Virus record (IMG/VR): IMGVR_UViG_3300044475_000316
Span: 1 to 48,510 of that record
DNA: 48,510 nucleotides
Strand: one strand, 5' to 3'
Origin: a virus
Taxonomy: Duplodnaviria; Caudoviricetes
This document shows positions 1-6,890 of the stretch, one piece after another (position 1 is the first letter of the stretch; each line of letters begins with the position of its first letter). The notes beneath the pieces are model-generated. The model ran no database searches and was not told the origin of the DNA. It worked only from the letters and a program-made list of their open reading frames with translations. The position numbers and the translations under genes were made by a program.

Positions 1-1803
1 TCAACATTTATATTTTTTAGCCAACTGATAAAATAAATCTAGCTTTGTAATTGAGGAGCTTTTTATTTCATTAGTAATGCTTTCTTGAACTTTATTTGGT
101 GTTAAAATATCAGCAATATCATAACGGCAAAACTCAATATGTGTAGGGTCATTAATGTTTGATATTTTATTTTTGTACGTGAGAGCGCCTGCTATATTCC
201 GTCGGCATTTTATAGGTATAGTGAATCCATCTTCTTCATATGTTTTATAATATGATAGACTATCTTGAAAAAGGTCATTGGTATAAGGCGTATTCAATCC
301 TTGGTTTTTAAATAGAGAGATTGCATTGCCTTTTATTAACCAATATCGACCAGGTTCAAACCAATAACCTTTTTCTGCCTCTGCTTCAATTTTCAGCATG
401 CCCATACCTCCCCCAATCAAAGGTTCAACATAACGATGGAATTCTTGAGTGCTTTCTGTAGGGATTGAAATATGAAGGGAATCAATATTGCAGTAACAGA
501 TTTCCAGCCCTGGAAATTCTTTCATAAACTCAATGGCTTGCAGCATTTTAACTCTTGAGTTTGCTATGACCTGAGAAAAGAGGCTGTGTATGACACTGTC
601 ATCCTTAAAGGATATATAAGTAATAGTGATTTTTTTATCTATCTTTATCGTAAAGCGAACTCCATCCGAGAGAATGCCAAAAAAAACAGATAGGTGCATG
701 CCTTCAGGACGCTTAATCCCATAATTCATTTGAAAAAAAAGACATGCCTCGAGAGGTTCATGAAATACAATTGTTCTGAATTTTTTACGGTTTACAGCGC
801 TATGAATAGTCGCAATTTGCAATTTACAAAGTCGTTCAAGTGTCTGATTGCCCTGTTTTTTAAAATTAGTTCTTTGCGCATAAGTACGATGAACATCATT
901 GATTAAAGGGTGGGGTATATTTCTAGCGCTTATCACCCCTTCATATATATATGTTGCTGCAAAATGTTTTGCATAAAAATGAATTTCATTGCTATGAAGT
1001 AAAACCTCAACTTGAGACTGTTCATCCATCGAAAAAGAATATTTTCTATTAAGTACTGCAAACTTCAGTGCATGATATTTTTTAATGAATTCAGTTTTTG
1101 GATAAGAAAGCAAAACACGGTAAAGACCACTATTTAAAGGCTCATTAGCAAAGTAAATCTTATTTATTTTTGAATAAAATAGTTTCGTTGGATCAGGAAA
1201 GTCACCGGTCATGCAAGCGCCATACATTGAGTTAAAATCGAGAGCAATAACACAACGATTTTGACGAGCTTCTGATAATTTAAAAGACTCTTGATAGGGC
1301 ACGTTTGAAGCATGAAAAAAAGCTAGGTCAAGCGTGGAAACACTACCTATTTTGCGTGCCACTTTATGTAAGTATTTTTGTGACCAGTAATTAGTTGTAG
1401 CTCCATTAATTTTTAACTTTGATACATAATTCAAGGCGCGCTTAAGAAAAGTATAATTTTTATGAGAGCAGCTTACATATTTTACGCCCGCGAAAAAAGG
1501 ATAAATCTCCTCAAAACAAACTAATCTTTTTGCTTTGAAAATCCCTGAACTTATAATTAATTCCTTTTCTCGCCGTGTAAGCGTAAGAATTTCTTTGTGC
1601 TTCCCAATATTCGACATAAAACTTAGCCGATTATGGTAATCTTTACCATCAAAGACTTGCTGATCATCAACCCCAACATATAAAAAACTTCTATCAAGAT
1701 ACTTATCGGGATTTTTTGAATATATTCTGCGATGTGTAGGGGTTTCTAAATTCCTCCATGTTTCGGCAATACTAGAATCGAAGGCCCCACATATCAAATG
1801 CAT
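1..1803 (-). CDS. Family B DNA polymerase-like protein (protein-primed-type palm, no recognisable 3'-5' exonuclease domain)
   Basis: 600 aa. Motif A-like LDFNSMY, motif B-like KLQIATIHS, motif C-like YCNIDS, then GMLKIE and PGRYWL resembling the G-x-x-K-x-E and KxY segments of protein-primed PolBs. AAGGA RBS; AT-rich. Confidence 0.8.
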   Translation of the reverse strand: MHLICGAFDSSIAETWRNLETPTHRRIYSKNPDKYLDRSFLYVGVDDQQVFDGKDYHNRLSFMSNIGKHKEILTLTRREKELIISSGIFKAKRLVCFEEIYPFFAGVKYVSCSHKNYTFLKRALNYVSKLKINGATTNYWSQKYLHKVARKIGSVSTLDLAFFHASNVPYQESFKLSEARQNRCVIALDFNSMYGACMTGDFPDPTKLFYSKINKIYFANEPLNSGLYRVLLSYPKTEFIKKYHALKFAVLNRKYSFSMDEQSQVEVLLHSNEIHFYAKHFAATYIYEGVISARNIPHPLINDVHRTYAQRTNFKKQGNQTLERLCKLQIATIHSAVNRKKFRTIVFHEPLEACLFFQMNYGIKRPEGMHLSVFFGILSDGVRFTIKIDKKITITYISFKDDSVIHSLFSQVIANSRVKMLQAIEFMKEFPGLEICYCNIDSLHISIPTESTQEFHRYVEPLIGGGMGMLKIEAEAEKGYWFEPGRYWLIKGNAISLFKNQGLNTPYTNDLFQDSLSYYKTYEEDGFTIPIKCRRNIAGALTYKNKISNINDPTHIEFCRYDIADILTPNKVQESITNEIKSSSITKLDLFYQLAKKYKC

Positions 1804-1843
1804 TGTTGTTATCCTTAATTTGGATTGTCACCTATTTACCTGT

Positions 1844-2758
1844 TTACTTTCTTTTACTACTTAAATGATACTGCACACATTCCCCACAATATTTTATCAA
1901 TGTATTTTTATATTCGGCCAAGCTAATTTCGGAAATTGAGAACAGATTGTCTTTTTTCATGAAATCCATAATAAAATGACGGAGTTCAAGTGGAAAATAG
2001 TAAAGCAAGGGTCGCAAATGTCGTAAACGCCAACGATAAATACTTCTTTTTCCCACTTGCGTGCTTGAGCTTGGCATTGCGAACTCTATGGCAATAGAGC
2101 TAAGATATCTCTTATGCAGTGAGGTAATGTCTAATGTGTGGTGCTTAAGAAGCTCGTTAAGGCACAAGTGTAGTCTTGCTGTTGATAATAATACCCGCAT
2201 TTCTTCACGCCCACATAGAACTGACTGGCCTTTGCCCTTCGCAAGATCAACTTCATAATAGATAAACTGACGTAACTCTCCTACCCGTTCATAGGCGAGC
2301 TTGTTCTCATCCTTCTTTCTAAGCTCATTCACAATAGAAATGATTCGATTATTCAACTCCTGCGTTAGTGTTATATTTTCGACGCGTAAGAAAAAGTCAT
2401 ACAGTAACAAACTAATGCATTCAGCATTTTTAGCTAAAAGCTGATATCTTTTAGGTAACTTTTCTGCTCGGCCATAACGCCGGACTGCAATATTAGAACC
2501 ATATTGTAATACTTTATGCACAGTTTTTGTCTGAACATCAGTTCTACTCTTTAGTGGATAAATGGTTTTACTCAATTCCATTTGAAATGCAATTGCTGTG
2601 TAACTCAGTTCATTCGCAGATGATGCATTTAATCCGGATGTCTGATTGCCATCATTAGGATCCTCTCCCGGCCAATAGCCACGATCCATCATATAAGGTA
2701 AACCGATAGCGATCTCATGCTCAGTCCACGCACCTTTGTTACTAAATGATCCGCTCAT
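1844..2758 (-). CDS. Hypothetical protein, partner of the PolB-like gene
   Basis: Open frame of 304 aa from ATG 2758 (312 aa from TTG 2782). Same strand, 40 nt upstream of PolB, same AT-rich composition. No recognised motif. Confidence 0.75.
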   Translation of the reverse strand: MSGSFSNKGAWTEHEIAIGLPYMMDRGYWPGEDPNDGNQTSGLNASSANELSYTAIAFQMELSKTIYPLKSRTDVQTKTVHKVLQYGSNIAVRRYGRAEKLPKRYQLLAKNAECISLLLYDFFLRVENITLTQELNNRIISIVNELRKKDENKLAYERVGELRQFIYYEVDLAKGKGQSVLCGREEMRVLLSTARLHLCLNELLKHHTLDITSLHKRYLSSIAIEFAMPSSSTQVGKRSIYRWRLRHLRPLLYYFPLELRHFIMDFMKKDNLFSISEISLAEYKNTLIKYCGECVQYHLSSKRK

Positions 2759-2793
2759 AAGACTTAAATGCTCCGAACGCAAAAAATTAGATT

Positions 2794-3088
2794 GGGGCGT
2801 TAACTATCTGCCGTAGTTAAGGCCCCCATAGCACATGCATATTGCAGCGTTAGCTGAATGGCGGCGTATCGACGCCATTGCTTGTTCGAAGAACACTCGT
2901 TGGCGGTCAGGCTTATATCAACAAGCCAGCAGAGACTACGAAGCTAGAATAATAGATTGTGTTTAAGTACACAATAATGCCCGTACAACGGCAAGTATGT
3001 TTTACTCTGAAAACGACAATTTTAGTTTAGAAATCATCCGGCCTCTTATCTTGAGCGAGGTAAAAGCCCACTTCTCGCTCATAACGGA
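2794..3088 (-). ncRNA. Candidate structured RNA or leader upstream of the PolB cassette
   Basis: No long ORF. Consecutive inverted repeats at 2794-2826, 2857-2879, 2883-2895, 2910-2927, 2956-2975, 2978-2993 and 3052-3081. Strand inferred from the flanking genes. Confidence 0.4.
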
Positions 3089-3154
3089 CATTCAACGTGA
3101 CAAGGAAAGATTATCAGGTCATCCTCTTTTTAATGTACAACCACACCCCATTTA

Positions 3155-3481
3155 TTAAAGCGGAGACTTATCACCATCATCATCGCCAGTGCTATTGATG
3201 AAAAAGGTCACCCTGCCCATAACCTCGACCTCTTCCGCCGCCTCTCCCTCGATCGCTTCGCCATCATCCGTTATTAACGCCCTGCCCCTGAGCTTTGCGA
3301 ACTGCGTCTGGCCACCGGATAGGATCAGCAGCACTTGGCCTTGCAGCAACTTAGAAACCGGTTCTATAACCGCAAATCCTGATGACGTTTCAAGAATTTT
3401 GCTATCGATTCCAATGCCGCAAATGGTTTCAGGACAGAGCCTGCGTTCTACATAGTCGGTTGCCGGAGATACGAAACCCAT
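3155..3481 (-). CDS. UmuD'-like (HumD-like) protein
   Basis: Starts MGFVSPATDYVERR, matching UmuD just after its cleavage site (GFPSPAADYVEQR). Lacks GDSM. ATG overlaps the upstream stop (TGATG). Confidence 0.7.
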   Translation of the reverse strand: MGFVSPATDYVERRLCPETICGIGIDSKILETSSGFAVIEPVSKLLQGQVLLILSGGQTQFAKLRGRALITDDGEAIEGEAAEEVEVMGRVTFFINSTGDDDGDKSPL

Positions 3482-3720
3482 CAGAGCACCCTCCCCATAT
3501 TGCGCAGCATCCATAGGCGGTTCTGGCTATCGTCCGGCGTCTTGTCTACGAAGCAAGTCTGGTACTGCTCGATCCATTCATTCGCATCAGCCTGGTTGAA
3601 ATGCCAGTTCCTGGCGCGCAGCTCACGTATGAAGTCTTCTGTATGAAGGCATTGATACCCTTTCGGGTTTAGCTGTATAGCCGCGGTAAAAGCCGCGTTA
3701 ATGTCTGATTTGCGGGGCAT
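3481..3720 (-). CDS. Small SOS-regulated prophage protein
   Basis: 79 aa, GAGG RBS, directly downstream of a LexA box, coupled to the umuD'-like gene. Confidence 0.75.
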   Translation of the reverse strand: MPRKSDINAAFTAAIQLNPKGYQCLHTEDFIRELRARNWHFNQADANEWIEQYQTCFVDKTPDDSQNRLWMLRNMGRVL

Positions 3721-3740
3721 GGTGACCTCTCATTTATTAT

Positions 3741-3760
3741 TACTGTTTATTTATACAGTA
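3741..3760. promoter_or_regulatory. LexA (SOS) box
   Basis: TACTGTTTATTTATACAGTA fits CTG-N10-CAG and is close to consensus. Confidence 0.9.
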
Positions 3761-3828
3761 GTTTTAAAGAGAGTCCAGGGCAAGGAGGCTGTGCCTATTG
3801 ATAATTACTGCTGAACATCATGATGCTG

Positions 3829-4827
3829 TTACGCTTTCAGCGCGTTAATCTCTGCCTTCAGGTCAGCGACTTTCTGCATCAGAGCTTCCATCTTGGCGAT
3901 AGTGTGGTGGAGCGCTAGTGCGGTGTCCATCATAATGACGTTGTTATCCAGCGCCAGTGTGTCGTCTTTATCACAACGATTCCCGTCCTCGTCGAACTCA
4001 GGCGCAGCAGGAACCAGCTTCACATACTCGCGATCAATATCGCGTAAAGCATCCTGAGCAATGATCCCCCGGCGTGCCCGTTCGAAGTAATCCCCGTTAT
4101 ACACGAACGTGCAGGGTTTCAGCTTCCTGATGTTCTCGTAAGATGCCTGGCCGTCGTCATAGGTGATATCGTGCTTCAGAGTGGCATCAGAGGTCGCTGA
4201 TTTTTGATAGGTGTAGTTGCCAGCAAAGCCGCCATCGCCACTTGTCGAGGTGACTAAATCCCCGTTGGCTGGGGTAAAATACCAGTACCGTATCTTGGAT
4301 CCACTATCTCCGAACTGTGTTAGCGCAGTGTTAGCCCAGGCGCCCAGCCCGTTACCAACATTACCCCACATCGATCGGAGGTTATACCCACCACCATGTT
4401 GATACCCCCAGGAAAGGCCAGCTATAGCCCCGTTACCCGGAGAATCCGTGGCGGTCTCCGCGTAATAAGAGGCATAGTGGGCCTGTGCTGAATTCCACCA
4501 CGAACTCACGGCTGGACCGCCCATATACAAACGTCCGGGAATTTGCACATTGCCGTTGGACATGAAGTCGAAGTAGTTGTTCTGCGCGGAGTCAGTACCC
4601 CCCGCATTTTGCAACACCACCAGTCTGGCAATGGAGTAGTTCCATTCGATGCGTTTCACGACCTGGAGTTGGGCGGATATCTTCTCAACACCATTTACGG
4701 TGTACTGTGACTTTATGTATCCGCCATAAACCGTACTACCAACTCCCGGCAGAGACGCGTCATTGATGGTGGATGTCCAGGCAGCAATGGCCCTGCTTAA
4801 TTCAGCCGTGTCTATTCTGTTTGCCAT
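3829..4827 (-). CDS. Tail fibre/spike protein with C-terminal peptidase S74 intramolecular chaperone
   Basis: SDATLKHDI cleavage-site motif, GIIAQD and a C-terminal coiled coil; lies after the tail fibre genes. Confidence 0.8.
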   Translation of the reverse strand: MANRIDTAELSRAIAAWTSTINDASLPGVGSTVYGGYIKSQYTVNGVEKISAQLQVVKRIEWNYSIARLVVLQNAGGTDSAQNNYFDFMSNGNVQIPGRLYMGGPAVSSWWNSAQAHYASYYAETATDSPGNGAIAGLSWGYQHGGGYNLRSMWGNVGNGLGAWANTALTQFGDSGSKIRYWYFTPANGDLVTSTSGDGGFAGNYTYQKSATSDATLKHDITYDDGQASYENIRKLKPCTFVYNGDYFERARRGIIAQDALRDIDREYVKLVPAAPEFDEDGNRCDKDDTLALDNNVIMMDTALALHHTIAKMEALMQKVADLKAEINALKA

Positions 4828-4838
4828 AACTTAATTCC

Positions 4839-5141
4839 TTACGCCCAGACGCGAGCCGGTGTTTTCGGTTTAACCACAAAGTCGTTCAGCCCGGATAAAT
4901 CGAGCGAGTCATTCATGACCCGCAAATTGACGTGATAGCCGGGTTCGGTGGTGTACTTAATGATTTCGTTTTCTTCGCCGGGATTGATAACTTCAGCAGG
5001 GAGACTGATAACGCCAATGATATCCAGGCTGATAACAGGGTGAAATAAACCTCCCTGCTCTTCATCATCAACAAACCCCGCCGCGATTAATTGCGTGCGC
5101 ATTTCTTCGGCGTCTTTGAAACGTAGATATAAATCTCTCAT
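4839..5141 (-). CDS. Tail fibre-associated small protein
   Basis: 100 aa, coupled to the fibre gene, GYHVNLR and terminal PARVWA motif typical of fibre-adjacent proteins. Confidence 0.7.
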   Translation of the reverse strand: MRDLYLRFKDAEEMRTQLIAAGFVDDEEQGGLFHPVISLDIIGVISLPAEVINPGEENEIIKYTTEPGYHVNLRVMNDSLDLSGLNDFVVKPKTPARVWA

Positions 5142-6826
5142 TAGCGGAGTCCATTAATTTGATTGAGCGTCAGCAAGCGGTGCCAGATACGGAAGTTACG
5201 GATATGATAAACGGCGAAAGAGTTGCTATTAAATCTGATGGATGTGCTGGATGATGTTGGGCCAGTAGGCGCATTTCCTGCGCGCGTAGTGCTTTTGCCA
5301 TCAAAGTAACCGACAACTGTATTATCGTTGGCAACATCAACAGTCTGAACATATATTTTCTTATTGAATGGGTAAGTCACATTTGGAATGGCTATTCCAC
5401 CTGATGACCGATAAGAAATTAACTGGTTCGAAACCCCCCGGAGAATAATATCGTTACGCGCTCCCACATTTAATAAAAAGTCCACGTAGGCCGGGCCAGT
5501 TGTAGGCTGAACAAACTGATCTACTGTAAATTCCAGTGCAATGGTACGGGCGAAGATGTCGCCCACCGTGTTGTAGCCGATGTTCCCTTGCGGCTGCAAA
5601 GTGAGCAGATCCCCGATCCTAGTCACAGCCGCCGAGCCTGTCGGAATATAGCTCGTAGGGATGGCGGTTTTTTCTACCTGTACGGTTTGTACATAAATAG
5701 CAGCGCCAGCAGCGATATTTGCGGTGCCGTTGAACCATATTTGACCAACTAATGAACCAGCACTGGCGACAGCAATGGTCATACTGGCATATATATACCC
5801 ATCACTACCTAGCGACGTTGTGTAAGTTGCCCCGCCAGATGGTCCACCAACTCTTGCACCAGTAATACCGTCAAAGGCAACATCAGCTATCTGCACATTA
5901 TCGAGTGCAAAGCGGAAACGAACCCTATCCGATGTTGATTTGAATCTGGCGGATATAGTGAATATTTCACCAGCTGCGGCGGGGATCGTTGGGGTTCCCA
6001 CTATCCAGTGGTTATTGCTAGGTGTCGTGGCATTCACTGTTCCGAAATAAGTTACAGCTTGAGTTGCGCCATCAGTAATAACCTTGTCGGTTAGGGAGCC
6101 GTGTGTGCCCCATTTGGATGGGTCATCACTATTCAGAATATAATTAGTGCTCTGCCCCTCCATTAACAATCCGTCGCGTTCAAAACGCGGCTCGTTAATT
6201 TCAGCGATCTGCAATACACCGGATTTGTCGATATACGTTGCTTTGGTTGACCGGGTAAAGGTCGCTGATTTAGTTGGCAGCTCAAGAACCTGCCCGGAGA
6301 TCGTTAGCTTGTCGTAAGGCGCGAACCCGGCCAGCAGGCGCAGGTCATCATTGAGCGGCAACCAGACGTCAGGGAATGGCGCGGCCTCATAGGGTACAGA
6401 GGTCAGCAGCTGCGCGGCGGCCAGTGATGCTGCGGCGCTACTGGCGCTATTAGCAGCATTGGTTTCCGACGTTTTGGCATTCGTCTCAGACGTTTTTGCG
6501 TTCGTCTCAGAGGTTTTGGCATTCGTTTCGCTGGTCTTGGCTGCTGAGGCGCTGCTTGCCGCAGCAGTCTTAGACGAGTTCGCGTTCGTCTCTGAGGTTT
6601 TTGCGTTTTTCTCTGATGCTGCCGCTGCAGCGGCGCTGGCACCTGCCGCACCCGCCTGGGCGATCAGCTTCGACCAGCTGGGACCCGTCTTTTTCGAACC
6701 GTCAGCCAGGGTTACGGTGACGTCACCGGTACCCGATAAAATCAGGTCCTGGTTGGCGATATCAGTTTGCGCCTGGCGAAAACCTTCCGTGACGGCGTTC
6801 GCCAAATCGTCATCAAGTGTGGCCAT
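5141..6826 (-). CDS. Side tail fibre / receptor-binding protein
   Basis: 561 aa directly after J. Ala/Ser-rich Stf-like repeats (ETNAKTS), FTRSTKATY and EPRF..GLLMEGQSTN segments, beta-rich C-terminus. Confidence 0.8.
   Translation of the reverse strand: MATLDDDLANAVTEGFRQAQTDIANQDLILSGTGDVTVTLADGSKKTGPSWSKLIAQAGAAGASAAAAAASEKNAKTSETNANSSKTAAASSASAAKTSETNAKTSETNAKTSETNAKTSETNAANSASSAAASLAAAQLLTSVPYEAAPFPDVWLPLNDDLRLLAGFAPYDKLTISGQVLELPTKSATFTRSTKATYIDKSGVLQIAEINEPRFERDGLLMEGQSTNYILNSDDPSKWGTHGSLTDKVITDGATQAVTYFGTVNATTPSNNHWIVGTPTIPAAAGEIFTISARFKSTSDRVRFRFALDNVQIADVAFDGITGARVGGPSGGATYTTSLGSDGYIYASMTIAVASAGSLVGQIWFNGTANIAAGAAIYVQTVQVEKTAIPTSYIPTGSAAVTRIGDLLTLQPQGNIGYNTVGDIFARTIALEFTVDQFVQPTTGPAYVDFLLNVGARNDIILRGVSNQLISYRSSGGIAIPNVTYPFNKKIYVQTVDVANDNTVVGYFDGKSTTRAGNAPTGPTSSSTSIRFNSNSFAVYHIRNFRIWHRLLTLNQINGLR
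6460..6612 (-). repeat. Degenerate 21-bp coding repeats (ETNAKTS) in the tail fibre
   Basis: Heptad repeats visible in both DNA and protein. Confidence 0.75.
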
Positions 6827-6845
6827 TCGTAATGTCCTTAAAATG

Positions 6846-6868
6846 AAAAACCCAGCCGGAGCTGGGTT
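6846..6868 (-). terminator. Rho-independent terminator after J
   Basis: CCCAGC/GCTGGG stem followed by a T-run on the minus strand. Confidence 0.7.
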
Positions 6869-6890
6869 GGAGGTTCTGAGGTTGTGGAGA

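Noticed and set aside
1-2782. Pipolin/piPolB or retron/DRT assignment for the polymerase cassette
   Set aside because: No exonuclease domain or accompanying integrase is visible, the protein seems short for piPolB, and there is no RT YxDD motif. Sequence left of position 1 is unseen, so linkage to further genes cannot be excluded.
3829-6826. Invertible tail-fibre cassette or diversity-generating retroelement
   Set aside because: No invertase, inverted fibre copy, RT or TR/VR pair seen.
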